Of a DNA stretch of 64,000 nucleotides, positions 23,651 through 37,983 are shown piece after piece (positions within the stretch are counted from its first letter, which is position 1; every line of letters begins with the position of its first letter). Source of the stretch: Basidiobolus meristosporus CBS 931.73 (lineage: Eukaryota > Fungi > Basidiobolomycota); NCBI GenBank assembly GCA_002104905.1, contig MCFE01000006.1, positions 1 to 64,000 of the forward strand, given 5' to 3'. The translations under genes were made by a program, and so were the position numbers. Below the pieces are notes generated by a model. The model was not told the DNA's origin, searched no databases, and saw only the letters and a program-made list of their open reading frames with translations.

Positions 23651-26600
23651 TATCTTGAGAACAAAAAATAGAAGATACGGTTATCAGGATTAACGACTGC
23701 TAACAGAAACCGCAACAACGGAATCTTCCAACGATATGTACCAAAGTAGAGAGTGGTAAGGAGGTGAGCTCTAGAAGAGGACAATGTACGAGCAAAGCTC
23801 TACAATAATTTATAGCAAGGATTATAGTTTATCAAAAAAAACTCTAGGAATCAATTCGGGGAAATGTATGGTGAGTATTTTATATATAATCATCATCCCC
23901 AAATGGTTGGGATGAGAAATCTCGAATGGACAGAAAAGGAAAGTGATTCTTGCGAAACTTCCACGAGACTAGTCAGATCTTTGAGCTCGACAGGATTCGT
24001 TTCCTTGAATGGAAGCATCAATGTATGCTGTTGATTCTTTCCATCGATTCGTGATTCTTTTAGGCGAATGCCGCATTGAATGAGCACAGAGGCACCTGAA
24101 TCTATCGCGATTCTGCTCTCACATAATCCGCATCATTGAATCGAACCGTGATGGTTACCAATATTAGCCACTGCCAAAGAATTGAATCTGACTGCATTCT
24201 GACAATCGGTTGCCATCCTATTGTAATTGTAATCAGCCCGGATATATTCATGAGGATTTTTAATTTACCTGCCAATTCAAGAAGATATTGAGCTTCCTTC
24301 ACGAGATTTCATTGACGGGCAGAGGAAAATGGCATGAACCCATTTGCATACAATAGATGCAGTGGTAGATTGGTCCGGTAGGCATCCAATTTGAACACGC
24401 AATAATCAGATGAGCTTTGTACAACCGCCAGTCAAATATGCACAATCAGGCAGCACATATGTTTTAGATGTGTTGTGGACTCTGGTCTTCTATTTGTTCT
24501 AAAGCGGGGATAATCCAGTTCGACGGATTGTTTGACCAACTACTGGATCATGCATATCAACCCTGCCCATATTCACATTAGGTGGCTTAGGGAGTACACA
24601 ATAGGTCTAAACTGTGGTTACTTTCAGCACTGCTGAGCCAGAGCAATACTAGGGCACAAACAGGTTTAGCCAAAGTCCCGTAATACCCATTTGACCTCAC
24701 AAATCAAGCAATATTTGGCTACATCACACGCTGTTGTGTGATGTTTTCAAATTGTGCAAATGACGAATGAGTCATGGATGAGAGTTAGCCTGAAGGCATA
24801 TATCACTCCCATAGCTAAATTGATCAGCTCGTTGTATCCTTTAGTTGATCATATGAAGCACGGGATTTGTGGACCCTTTGAAATGGACCTAATGTTATTC
24901 TAGGAGCGTGCCAAATCTATTAAAGAAAGGAAGCACTATGCCTATGGTCTGAACCCATGGTTGCACTACACTTCAATAATGGAAACATCACAATTCTCAG
25001 CTGCGATCACCAGCTCTCTGTGCATTCCATACGATAGGTTACCTATTTTATATATATATACTTGTACCCACTATTTAACCCATTTAGGTCATGAAAGTAT
25101 TGGTCAGTAATCAAAGCAGTCTTCCGTCTCCCTAAATGTAAACCAACGAAGGACAAACGTTCAGACTCTCTCTGACCTATGTGAACGTGAACACAATTTA
25201 GAGCTAACGTGGTATCATCTTATGATATATTCCAGCCTCTGCGTACCAATGTATGGATTTCTAGCAACGATTAGACTAAATATTGGCATTCATGTGACAT
25301 GCAGTGTATACAGTAATACAAATGACCCTAGGAGTAGGAGAATAAAGAAGCTCCAAATTTCTATCAGTACAAAATTAGATATGCCTATTTAGTGGCACTC
25401 GGATGATACACTATATTGAGCAACATCTATTGCTCCGAAGTCAATGATTAGGCTCGAGTAGGGAGTAAGACCTTGGGTGGTGCTGGTGGTTTGATGATAA
25501 CTCTTTTCTGGAATTAATCTCAGAGAAGTATTGCGGGGGCAGTTTGATGTTGAATAGTTGATACGTTTATCAACCAAATTGTGATTCTTCCTGAAACTCA
25601 CTCAACCGGCTTCAATCGGTCTAGATACGAGTGCGATTGGTTGAATACTACTGGGGATGTACTGTGCTATCCTCATAACAATCGCATCAACTCGGAATGT
25701 ATACCACAATATTGAGCGATCTGTATCAGCTCTTGCTATTAGTATTTTGAGCCATGATACAGTGCTACATCACCGCTCCTCAGTCCCCTTGTACTTGCTC
25801 CTTGAAGCTTACCAGGGAACCCTGAGCCTCTCTGTAAGAAGCAATACCATCATTGGTGGGAATTAAGGATCGAATCATGCCGTGATGATAATGACAGGGT
25901 ATTGAATGGCACACTAATCGCTTGCGTTCGGCCGTGGCTGCGTTGCAATATTTCTAAAATCCATAATCCGAGGAAGTGGAGTTGGAACACCTAATGATCA
26001 GGAGCTCTTGCCTGCGGTGATTTTAATTAGAATGACCAACAACAATCAACAAAGTCCCATGGGAAATGCCGTATTGTTTGACTTTAAAGGGGTACTATAT
26101 ATACAATGTGGTAGTCGAATGACAAATCCACAAACGGTGAATGGGTCATTAGATTGGCTAGGAAATGGATCCACCATCTCCGAGGCAAAAATTCTGTCAT
26201 ATGATTGTTCGTCATGATTCATCAAATATACTATTATGGGTGCTCCCTTACAAAATAGAAATGGTGAAGCTCGCCATTGGGCATGGAGGTCGAGCAGTTC
26301 GAGAGGTTACTATAGCCATGATATCGTGTATGTGTCATCCTAGCCATCCACCGCACTCTGCCTAGCAAGATGAAGAGCCGCCACAAACTTTTCACGCCCG
26401 ATGTCCTCGCTGGTATATCGGCCACTTTCAATTAGCGCAACCCGGCCATATACATGTTGCACCTCACATGAATACCAGCCCATCATGGCATCTGAGATAC
26501 ATTTCAGGCAGATTTATCAGACTTCCACATGATGGCACATCACTGCTTGGATCGTATGTAGTAGCACCATCAGCGAAAAGATTACTGTAGAGGGGGGTTT

Positions 26601-27244
26601 TGACAATTCGGTGAATTCTAGGGTCGACAATGCTTGGTTTGTGCAAACACTGCAATATCCAATACATTGTCAATTCTATATACCGACCCCATTTCCTCGG
26701 AGCCACTCATCCCTAGCCACAATCTGAGAAAAGCCAAATCATCTGAGCCAGAGAAAACAATGGTGAAAACAATCAGCATCTAATAATCTTCTTGATTCAG
26801 CAAAGGAAACGTGGAAATATGCGGCGGCTTTTATGTGTACATGACTGCATAGAATATTCAACAGCACGGGCAGTTAGCCTAAGATCCAATCTGTGGATTG
26901 AGATGTCATTGAAGCGAATCCATTCATCTGATCAACATAACTAGAGCAAATAGAATCCCATTCGAATGTCCACATATAATACATTGCATCAATTGATTGA
27001 TTTGAATTGTTTACCACTTTCCCTATGAAATCATCATTTCTTATATAACAGCGTTTTTTTCGTGAAACCTGTAACATACTCGTTTTTTTCCGTTCTTTGA
27101 CTCTTTTTCCATACTTCGCGACGTGACGCGTATTAATTTCCTTTTGACCACTCCATACCACCTTGTCTGATATTTCCTTTCCTTCTTAAGCAGCTCTAAT
27201 ATAGCATTCACTGTGTTTCTCCCTTACAATTCAACAATACAGAC

Positions 27245-29691
27245 ATGGGTTTCAATGAATGGGAGGGCGAGCCAATCGTTCAGGTTAATCTGGAGAATTT
27301 TAAACCCGAGGATCTCAGTCCACCGGGTTCACCAGACCCACTTTACGAAAGCTGGGATAATGATAAGCAACGGGTAAAAAGGGAGCAAAGGAGCTTCAAC
27401 GAATATAACCATTTCTCTCAAAAAGAATGGTCCTGGGACCGCCTCATAAAAGTACCCTACTCAAAGACTATGATGTTATTCTTGTTTCCTGACTAACGGT
27501 TGCCTTCGCGCTACTCTTAGGAATGCACTAATCTTCAAAAAAAGAATTACGACCTGGAGCTTCGTAATTTGGTCATGCAGGAGCAATTGTTTCGCTCTAG
27601 AGCAGATAACGTTAGGGAGCTTATGAAGGAGGTTGTTACTGTTTTTACGAAACGTTTGGTTCCCACCACAATACTTATCTTCTTATTCCCAAATACAGTA
27701 CTACGCCGATAAAGAGTTGATTAACGATTTAAATAATGAGCAGAAAAAGCAGTCTAAACTTTTCAAAGAAGCACAGGAGGAGATAGCCATTCTTCGAGAA
27801 AAGGTTAGAAAGCCTTGTCCACTTCAGCATGGAATGTCGGAAGAAGAGCAAAGTCAATACAACCTAGCCCTTCGTGAGGAAAAGGCACTTCGACGAGAGT
27901 TGGGTATTCTGAGAGAGCGACTCAGTAACAGTAACGCCGAGCTTCAAAGTTCTCAGGAGGAGTTGCAACAAATACGTGCTGATTTTGATATGTTGCAACG
28001 TAATTTTGATGAATATAAAGAATCCACCGACAATAGGGTTAGCGACGCTCTTGCATTAAAAATGCAGATCGAGGAAGACTTCATGATCTTAAAGGAGCAA
28101 CACTCAGCGCTCATAAATAATACGCCAGCTACTAAAGAGGAGGTGGTGGCGCTGCGTGAAATGCGAGATAACGCGTTGGAGGAGTTGGAAAGATGCCGTC
28201 AAAAGTTAACCGAGGTTCAACACCAATTATCAGCTCAAGAAAAATGGATAGCGAAAGTTCAGATTGAACGCGAGCAAATGGAAAATTCACGAAACCGTCC
28301 ATCATCTGGCCACATATTCACGCCTGAAACAGGCTCACAAGAGGGTTCTACATTTGGTTCCAAGGATGCAGATGTCGAACATTATGCTCATTGCAAATAT
28401 AGAAAGGTATGTCACTTCGCAATGAACGTGGTAAGCTTGCAACCTAATACTGGATATATTTGAAAAGAATTGTGAGATATACAAGGACCAGATAGCTGAG
28501 CTGAACATGCAAGTCATTCAGTACAAACTTTCATATATCAAGACTGAAAATCAAATCAGAGAATCGGATAGTGAGATTCATGCGGTATGTTTATTCGGTT
28601 AGGATTGCCATGAAACGTTACTAATTGGACATGTAGTTGAGGCAGAAGTTAATTGAGGCTGAGAATCTATCGCAACTATTGTCTGGTCACGTTCATGAAC
28701 TGGAAGAACAGCTGGATAATAACGAGCGCGGTAATACTGAAGCTGAACGTTCGTATAGAAAAGAAATATTGAGACTCGAAGAGGTAACATCCATAGCAAC
28801 ACATCAGCGTGATTTTTACTAATTCTTTGTAGGAGCTCTCAGTGGCCATGGCCAATCTCTATTCGAAAAATCCCACCGTAGCTGATATGCTTACAGAGCT
28901 ACAATACCTCAGAAGTCAAGTAGAGGAAAATGCCTCACGGTCAAAAACCTTAAAATCGCAGGTCGCTCAAGAAGCCATTAACCGTATGACTGCTGAATCC
29001 AAAGTGAAGGCTATAGAGCGAGATCTACATGATAAATACATGGACAACATATTTCTGCTGGAACAGGTACCATTTGCTCACCAAACGCAATACTATGCAT
29101 TATTAATTAAACCCGATATAGGATCTGGAAAACAAAGATGTAGAAATCGCGCGATTACGAAGGAAGTTGGCCAACTTCGGTACCACTCAATCTTCACCTC
29201 CGTCTCCTAAGGATTCCCTACATTACAGAAGGGTAAATATATGAAACTCCCCGTGCAGTTGTGCGGTTATTGATCATTCATCATGCCTAGTCGTTACATG
29301 ACATGAAACTCTCCTATGGATCACCCAGAGATACACTCCAATATCGCAAGGTATGGTACCTACGAACAACAGTGCATATAGTACACACGATTAATTCGCC
29401 ATACCTGCAGTCGATTCACGATATGAAACACTCGTTTACTACACCACCAAGCTACTCTAAAGCTCATTCAGAGTACGAGATACCAAAATCTGCACTCGGG
29501 GTAACCACTTAATGTATAATCCCATAGATGTTCCTGTATCTAATTAGAGTTTTCAGGATGCAAGCTTTGTACGGGAGCCTTCTAGTTACCTTGAGCGAAC
29601 CAGTAGGCGTTATGAGGTATGCATCGTGTCGCTCATTCATGAAAATGGAGTTATTAATGCATTACATCAGGATCGACGAGATGTCTCCTGA
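27245..29691 (+). CDS. Multi-exon coiled-coil protein with a centrosomin (Cnn_1N/CM1)-like N-terminal motif (Mto1/ApsB-like)
   Basis: The spliced N-terminus reads LQKKNYDLELRNLVMQEQL..DNVRELMKE, resembling CM1 (LKKENFDLKLRIYFLEE.L..SVKELLKE), followed by long heptads. The 3' exon structure and end are approximate. Confidence 0.55.
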
Positions 29692-30269
29692 TATGCCAAT
29701 CTGGGCGCTGCAGAGTAATCCCACGATACACCTTACATATATATTTGTAAACTAAATGCTAATATGGATAGATATGAGGGGCCGTAGATACTGATCAAAT
29801 CTTGCTATTTTAATGGTGTAATCTATAGCGGGCTGGTTGTAAATAGATTCAAGCTAGAAAGGTCTAGGAAATTAGGTTTATTTTTGAATTCGTTTCATTT
29901 ATCAAACCCTAGATGATATTCTTCCATATACGAGTGCTCGAAAACCATTTTCATACTAACGAGTGTACTAATTGCAAGTAAAGCCTTACTACGAATTGTT
30001 CCAGTGTATTTTGACTCATATTAGTTACAGTGCATTTCATAGCTGGTACAGATGAATAGTATCGTTGCCGTACAGGATGTACAGCGGTGCACGCTAGTAG
30101 CCTATTGCATCCGGTACGGAAATATTAAGCAGAGCGCACTTTCCATGGTGATTGTGTATCAAATTGGAAGAATACATATAGTGAATTCGGAGTTTGGGAA
30201 TTAGAATTAAATATTGGGTAAATTAATCCAATATCATTGATTCATTTCATTTAGCTCAAAGTATATGGT

Positions 30270-33200
30270 GATGTCAACCGGAGTTTATCCAAGCTGGTAC
30301 ATACGAACATTCAGACTCTACTTTCAACCGATTGATACTTGTGCAGTAGTTCGCCTCCGGGAAAAATCTTCATCCTACTGCTCCAAGCAGTCTATTATAC
30401 TACACACAAGAGGGTAATTTAGTTACTACCGGTATTAAATGAGTTTTTGTTAATTCTAGACTCCATAATCAGTTTACTTATGCGGGGCAAAGACAAAATG
30501 ACTGTCCTTCGAGACAGTAGTGACAATAAAGCGTTGACCAAAGTCAATAGAGCTAGAGTAGAACCAGGTATTTATATTGATGCTATGCATATTTCTTACT
30601 TATTGTCCGGACCGATAACCCGTGCCCTTAAGGCCGTATACGCCTCGCCCTTAATATGAAGCCTCGAAGTAAGATAGTGAAGATAATTGCTTGCGGGGGA
30701 AAATGCTAATTGAGGTAGTAGACCCAACTTCACACCTAAATCGGACAAAGGATTCTGCAAAAGTATTGTCCAAGAGATCTAAGCCACTAGTGTCCTTATG
30801 TTCTTCAGTCAAGCCCAAACAACACAGCACTATATCTTCGGTATACGAATTGTTGTGGCCAATTTACCCAAGAAAATGTACTAATCCTTATTCAACACTA
30901 GACTCAGCGAGTCAGTAAACCAGATCCTCCTTGTGTATGGATCAGTGACGAAGATGAGCTTGGTAAAGTTAAAACCGATAAAACCTATGTTTTCCATGCA
31001 GTCTCGATATTCATTAATTGAACCGAAGAGATTTTGGCTGAGCATAGCTTTATAGAGGAGACCCGAGGTATAATTCCTACTCGAAGTCCTTGAGGACCTT
31101 ATCACATTCAATCAGTTAACAGCTTAAATCCACACAGATAAGTGCAAAAGCAGGTCTTCAGAAGTATGCAAACGCACATAAGCACCTGCGATTTGATGTT
31201 GACTAATGGATGTATATTTTACCAGCTTTCTGAAAACTTGAGTAGAACAGTAAATCAAGAATGTGACCACAACCTGAATTTACTGGAGGAAAGGAACACA
31301 TGCGATACCATGTCTTCCAAGGTATGTTTTTGTCAGATGTAATTCATTAGCCGCAGACTCCGACAGATGCTCACTATGTCGCTCGGCCCTGTATTTTGAT
31401 ATGGAGGTTGAGGGAAATGTACAACATGTACCTTGTCCTCGGAGACCTGGTGTAGGTCTTCATAGCCTTGTTATAGGATGTAGGCATTATGATGGTCTGT
31501 CAAGTCGTCTCCTACTTAGTTACGATGAGCAGCATATAAATCTGTACCGTAATTGCTCCGAGCTTATTGCCATTCCTCTGAATCAAGTGAATTCTTTGAA
31601 GGTGAGTTTATTTATTATTAAAGGCCAGACCATTAATGTATCTCACTCGGTGTTTGAAGTTCCATAACCAAGCCACTCCGTATTTTTTGGTATTTGAAAT
31701 CAAGTCTCGCTTGAAAGATCATGAAGTGTCGAACTATTTCAATGAAGGTACAGCGATATGCTTGATTCAAGGCTGTCGACATAAATACTCAAGATATACT
31801 TTATCTGGAAGACCCGCTGGCAACCAAAACCCAAATCCTTTGTTGTTGCAGAGATCCCCTTGACGAATTGATTGGCGATTTTGAAAAATTCTCTCAGTTT
31901 ACATGCAGCACACTATCGTACGTATGTCCGAATGGTAAACAAGCTCCTCAAGAAGTGTTGACTCCCATTGTATGCTAGAAAATTGCAACGTGACACACTA
32001 TGCGATGAGGCAATCAACTGCTCTGTGTACGGTATAGATCATTGCAAAAGTATGAAACAGCACACTTAACCATGCCTACGTTGTTGTGTGATATATATAG
32101 GCCTACTAAACTTGTGCGAAATGATCAGACTTCAGAGTATGGACGACACATATTGTTTCATCAAACAACAGTCCCTAATCAGTTACACTCAAGTCTCTTG
32201 CATTATCCTTTAAATCACACCAATTCCCTGGCAATAACAAAGGATGACCTTTCTCGGCTTACAAAGGGGGAATTCTTCAACGATACACTTATTGAGTTTT
32301 ACATGAGGTAAACTGTGATGAAATGGACGCATTAGCTATGGACGCTAATCAAAAAGTCATATTAAGGTACTTGTACGATCAGCTTGTGGAGAGCAATAAT
32401 CGACTATCGGCGAAAATACATTTCTTCAACCCGTTTTTTTACCATCGTCTTACTCGAAGGACCAGGTTGGTTAGGATAGACACGCCTGTAAAGCAGAGAC
32501 TCAACTATGATTGATAGGAATATCTACGAGGAGATCAAGAAATGGACATCCAAGACTGACCTTTTCGAGAAAGATTTCATATTCGTACCGATCAATGAAA
32601 AGTACCCATGGTATATGAATTTCTTTCTGATGACCCAAAAGGCTAACTGCTCTTCACCGGGTCTCAAGTCTACATTGGTACTTGGCGCTCATATGCTTTC
32701 CAGAGCTTTTACTTGATGGTCCTCATCCGGATAATGATCAAATGCCCAGCCATCCAAGAAGGTTTGACCCAATTTTAGATGAAACCCTCGGTCTTTGCAC
32801 TCATTCCATCGTTCTCTAGCTCCAGGATTATTATCTTCGATTCGCTCAATTCGCGACATGCAAATGTGTTCGCAGTTCTCAACACATACTTGCTAAACGA
32901 AGCAAAGGAAAAAAAGAAACGCAGAATCAGACAGCCAGCAGAGGGCATCTATGCAAAGGCAAGTTCATGGAGAAATTCAATGCTATAGACCATATGGTGG
33001 ACAATACTTACCAACTCATGAAATCTGTAGGTCCCTCGTCAAACCAATCATTGTGATTGTGGAGTGTATCTACTGCAATATGTAGAAACATTTCTTAGCA
33101 ATCCAACGAGATACCTGGAGCTTGTAGAGGTTAGTCCTTGCTCTCCTTGACGATAGCAATCATCACTGAATAGCTGCATATCATCAGAATCAGGTGGATG

Positions 33201-33313
33201 ATGAGGACGCTTGGTTCTCACAATGCGAGATTAGCCAAAAACGCGAGCGAATCCATCGCCTAATATGTAAATTGGCCCAAGGGTTCCAGAGGGAGGAGCT
33301 AATTGAAGATTAA
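30270..33313 (+). CDS. Ulp1-family (C48) SUMO-specific protease, ULP2/SENP6-7-like, many introns; start approximate
   Basis: [59 protein letters not shown] and [17 protein letters not shown] give the His-Asp-Cys triad plus the oxyanion Gln. Confidence 0.88.
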
Positions 33314-33503
33314 CAATGATGATAGTGTATGTGGTAATATATCCTTAGAGAGCGAGTCTTTTTATATATATATATATATGGAAGTTCTATGCTGGGCGAT
33401 GATTACCAAATATAACGACTTCGGGTTGGTTTAAGTGGATTGAGTTCAAGGAAATGTTTAATTAGGAGGAAGGTTTTGTATATGTCTGCAATCAAGCCTC
33501 TAA

Positions 33504-34510
33504 CTAGTAGTCGCCACCATAATCACCGCCATCATCCCCACCGAAATCATACGAATCGCCGCCATTGTAGGAGTCATCATTGTACGAGTTGTCATTGTAT
33601 GAGTTGTCGTTGTAGGTATTGTTTGTTTCATTAATTGTGGTGTTGGTGGTGGTGGTTTCGTTCGTGATGTACGTGTTGTTCTCGTTGATGATCACTGTGT
33701 CTCCTCCATACATACCACCGCCACCGCCGCCCCCACCATAGTGACTATGGCCTGGTGAAAGTATTGATCCCATCAAGTAACCGGCGCCCAATCCAGCTAT
33801 GGCTCCGCCCGCAACCCCACCAGCCATCTGCTTCCCGGAGAATTTCTTGTCGTTATTTGCGGGAATCACGGTAGTATGTTGCATCACTGGTGGTGGTTGA
33901 CTGTAGGGAGCATATCCAGGATAACCGCTCCGCTGGACCTCGTTCGAGTAACCGGTATTCTGTGGTGGAGGGTAATAAGCTGAGGGGGGTTGCTGGGTGT
34001 GGTATGGATAGTTGGTTGGTGCAGGATAGTATGAAGGTGTTGGTGCTTGGGAGCCATATGGTGGCATGCTGGGTGGTGGGCCAATCATTTGATTGTTGTA
34101 GGGTGAGTGTACTTGAGGAGGAGCGGGTCCAGGGCCACCAGGATAAGCTCGAGTACCATAATCGGGGCTATGTTGCTGCTGTAGCGGTGGCGGCGTCGGG
34201 GTGGAATAGCTATTGGGCATAGTGGGCTGCTCGTGCATAGGCATCGGCATAGAAGGGTTGCCTGAGGGCGGATAAGGGCTTGCATTAGGTTGCTGATTAG
34301 GGAAACCGTACGGAGGTGGAGAAGGATCAGCTGAGCTGCCTCGTGGGTCAATCCAGGTAGTAATCTGACGGTTGTGATCAATGTCTATGGAGAATGAGTT
34401 AGCGGATACCTAAAGAAAAGTTGCAAAGTGTAAGGGATATTACAGTAAGTTTTTCCGTCAGGGGTGACCCTTTCTTCCCACCCCGCCGGTAGAGGACCTC
34501 TTGATGACAT
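33504..34510 (-). CDS. WW-domain, Pro/Tyr-rich, Gly-rich low-complexity protein (WWM1-like), 315 aa, intron 34385-34443
   Basis: The spliced N-terminus [33 protein letters not shown] is a canonical WW domain; the frame continues into ORF 33504-34250. Confidence 0.85.
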
Positions 34511-35137
34511 CGATGAACTGGGTAAGATAATAAGTTGCTTCAACAGTGTAAGCTTCTTGTCCCATCCCCGACTTTATGAAGGCCACGTACACTCAATCAT
34601 GTGAGTAATTAGGCGATTCTTACAAATAAGCCAATGGTGCCATTCGGAAATGGTTGTTCCACTGGAATCTCTATAGAACTTCCTTTCTAAATAATTCCAG
34701 ATTGCGACCATTTCCCCAAGAAGGGCTTGTTTAACATGGCCTTGGCATCTCTCATATTCAGAATGTATCACTGGGTAGATTAGATCCATGTAACATTGAA
34801 GATATAAACAAGATCCTTGCGGATATTGTCATTTCGAATTGACGGAGGCCAGCGACTCGATTGGTCCGTCGTTACTACCCATTACTAAACTATCGAAAAT
34901 TGCGATTGCGACATGTGAGATATTAGCCGGGTTCATATCAGCAATATTGTTACTCGGCTAATTACATCCAGGGTTTTTAGCGAGTCACTTACTCGGTGGA
35001 GATAGCAATGTTCCGTACCAACCATTAAATCTAGACCACTCACTTTATGTAGAAATCTTTGAAAACAACAGAGTTGAAAGGTACTACCTGGGTGCGCAGC
35101 AAGACTCAAAGTGAGGATGGTCGGGTGGAGAAAGCCT

Positions 35138-35663
35138 CTATTCCATTTCCATATCGAACATGTCGGTGTCCTTGTGCTCTGAAGCCGGGATAAACGTTAG
35201 CCACGGTGAACAAGCCAAAATCCGCATACTGTCAAGTTCTAACCTTTTCTGTAGTTCTCCTCCTCTTCCTCCTCCGCATCACTTTTTTCTTTCATGGTTT
35301 CCAGAAGCGAGGCAGGGGTGAAGGAGTGTTGAAGATGAGAAGTAGCAGTAGAGCCTACAGAAGCGCGAGTAACTCCAGGGATAAAGGGGAGATTAGTAGG
35401 CGGGGTTCTAGCAAGTGGAGAATTGCGCAAGTGCAGGAGTGTGCTACGGTCGTATATGATCTTAGTGCCTAACATGTACCAAGTCGTAAGCGTGATGTAG
35501 AATTCAAACTAGAGAGGCCACACTCACCACCGGGGGTGGTTGAGAAAATCGTGCCGTGGGGAGTCGTGCTATAGTCAGCGGGAAGCGGAGTACCAGGCTC
35601 AGCTCTTCTAACTGAGGGGATATCTCTAGCAACTGAGAGACTTGAAGAGAGACGTGTTGCCAT
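35138..35663 (-). CDS. eIF4E-binding protein (4E-BP family), 133 aa, 3 exons (35528-35663, 35244-35468, 35138-35178)
   Basis: [40 protein letters not shown] matches animal 4E-BP, including YxxxxLphi; C-terminal FDMEME is TOS-like. Confidence 0.92.
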
Positions 35664-36568
35664 TATGAAATATTGGTTCAAAAAGGGGTAGAGCTGTTTG
35701 CTTAGGCAACGGGGATATACAGAGAGAAGTCTAAAAGGGAAGCTTCTAGCGGAGGGTAACTATCTCTGACTGGGAAAAATAATACAACGGGTCAAAAGAG
35801 TCCTAACGAAAGAAAGGGCGAAGAATGTGACTGAGCTAGCACATGAAGTTATAGGCAAGGGGTGAAGGTCAAGTGATTTTTCTTTCGGGCAACGAAAATT
35901 CCAAATTTACTAGTCACTATTTTTGATAGAACAGGGAAAGGTGTGGATCGAGGTAAGCAAAGCCATGCTTGGTTACCCGAGCCAATTAAGCGCCTTAGTC
36001 TTTCGAAGATCCATTCATCGGTTGAAGAATTTCGTCAACTGCCTAATCTATGGACAATTTGTATCGATGATTAATCAGATCTATGTAGATGTGTTCTCGC
36101 ACTGATAACATGATCATTCCTATCAAAGATGGCTGCTGAATCCTCAAGTGACCAACGAGATGCCTATAGTTACATATGCCCACTGATTGTGATTGTATGG
36201 CATTGATCTCAAGTACATGTTGAATTACGCAAGTGCAATGAGGGTCCAGAGTAGTTGTCACTTCTATTATGATGAGTAACCATGAACATGCTCAGAGCAA
36301 GTGCCTCTGTTGCAACCCCGTTTCTGGCAATGCTGCATTCGATACGCCTAAGGATACAAAGCGATCAACTGACAAATAAGACCAGTTACGTCGTCTCGAG
36401 ACACCTAACCAGGGAATATGTTGGATCATGTAACTATGCATCGCTCAAATAGGTCAAATCCAAGGTAATCTTCGGAATGATTAGTAGCTGATCTTCGGGT
36501 GGCAACTTCGCAAGTGGTACTGGTTTGAACTTCTTTTATTTACACTAGCAATGGGGCAGATCACATAA

Positions 36569-37476
36569 CTACGAAGTTGCGGTCTCCGAAAACTCAATAA
36601 AGGTACTGCGCATTTGGGTTAGTAAATCCGCGTAACTGCTATAGGTGGCAGCAAGTGTGGTAATCTTCTGGTTGATCTCATCCTATATGCAACCTTGTCA
36701 ATAAACCATTTTGAAGCGGACGGAATGACGCATTGATTTTACCAATTTCAAATCACTTAATTCAGCGCGATCCATCCATAAGATATCTTGTAAATTTTCA
36801 GGCAAGGAGGAGACAGTCTTATTGATGGCAGGTATAAGCTCGGTAAGTTTTCTAGATGAAAACGATCTTTGGTGAGTAGCTGAGTAGGTTGCAAAGCTTA
36901 AGGAGTTATGTACTGTTGGTATTCCGCTTCGAGAATGATGTATTCTCCGGTGTATGGCTCCTTGATGCGCTTCATGAGGCTTTGTCGGTCAGATATAATA
37001 TGATCAAGGTGGGTTTGAAGAGATGCCAGCGTATTCACTTTCCTCCCTTTACATCGCTTAGTATGGCTGTTAGGTTGATGTTTAGAAGACAGCTGAACTT
37101 ACCTAGCTCCTCCGAGCCAAGGATATCACTGGCTTGGTGAAATCTTTGGGTGCCGATGATCTTATGTCTAATCTGTTCAGTAACATAAGTGACTGCATAA
37201 ATAACACAACTGTAGAGACGACCGTACCTCATTGATTTCATTTTCGAGGTCTAGTGAGTGTTGGATGTGATCAACTAATGTAACCGAAGAATCTTCCGCA
37301 ATGTTTGCCTCTGTGCGTTTGTCCTAGGAAGTGTATTAAGATCTCAAGATTGAAAGAATTCTTAGTAAAGTAGGTTTTACCATTTCTGGAAGTTGTAAAT
37401 TAAACGATGAGGCCAGCCTAAGCACACCCTCCAGTGAAGAGGGGTTTTGTGGAGGGATACAGTGGTTTGCAGACAT
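36569..37476 (-). CDS. HAUS augmin-like complex subunit 2 homolog, about 6 exons
   Basis: Manual splicing gives LQTHLDHIISDRQSLMKRIKEPYTGEYIILEAEYQ, resembling HAUS2 (SHLEAVLKEKRSLRQRLLKP....LPIEAVYH). Missed by the ORF track. Confidence 0.6.
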
Positions 37477-37983
37477 CTTCAGAGATAGTATTAACGAACC
37501 TCTATGAGAAGCGGTGGTTTTATGAGTTCGCCCAGACGGCAAATGGAATAAATTGGTGTTGGATAAACATAAACAACCGAAATCACGTGACACAGTATTT
37601 TACTCGATCTGCGTGCTGAAAAAGGCTACTGGTGCCAGCAGCAATCAGACTAATTTTGTTTGGCTTCCATAGCATTTTAGTTTATGGTCGAAAATAGTCG
37701 ATGCTTGTTTACAACTTTTTTAATTTCAATCTGTTGGACAGGAATATAGTCAAGGATCAGAATACAAAGGAAGTGAAAATAAACCAGTTCAGCCGTCGGA
37801 ACGTCGGTAATTGATGATTGGGGATTGATGAAATTCTATCAAAAGCTCCATGTATAAAGAACAAGTTCAGTGGATTGTGTGATGGGAAAGTAATGAAAAA
37901 AATTAAAGGTTGAGGTACATATGATTTCAAACCATAAAGCCTTCACATCGATACCAACATGTTCAGCAGATGCCCTGGTTACT

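Noticed and set aside
2829-26800. Complete psilocybin biosynthetic cluster
   Set aside because: No P450 (PsiH), phosphotransferase (PsiK), METTL16-like methyltransferase (PsiM) or MFS transporter is recognisable in the window; only the decarboxylase homolog is supported.
23880-26800. Fragmented minus-strand frames including an LIIDFG (kinase DFG-like) string near 25430
   Set aside because: No HRD/catalytic loop or other kinase motifs found and many stops; cannot be called a kinase or PsiK relic.
34574-34789. 71-aa ORF upstream of the WW gene
   Set aside because: No motif; the WW gene has its own ATG at 34510, so this may be a UTR ORF or noise.
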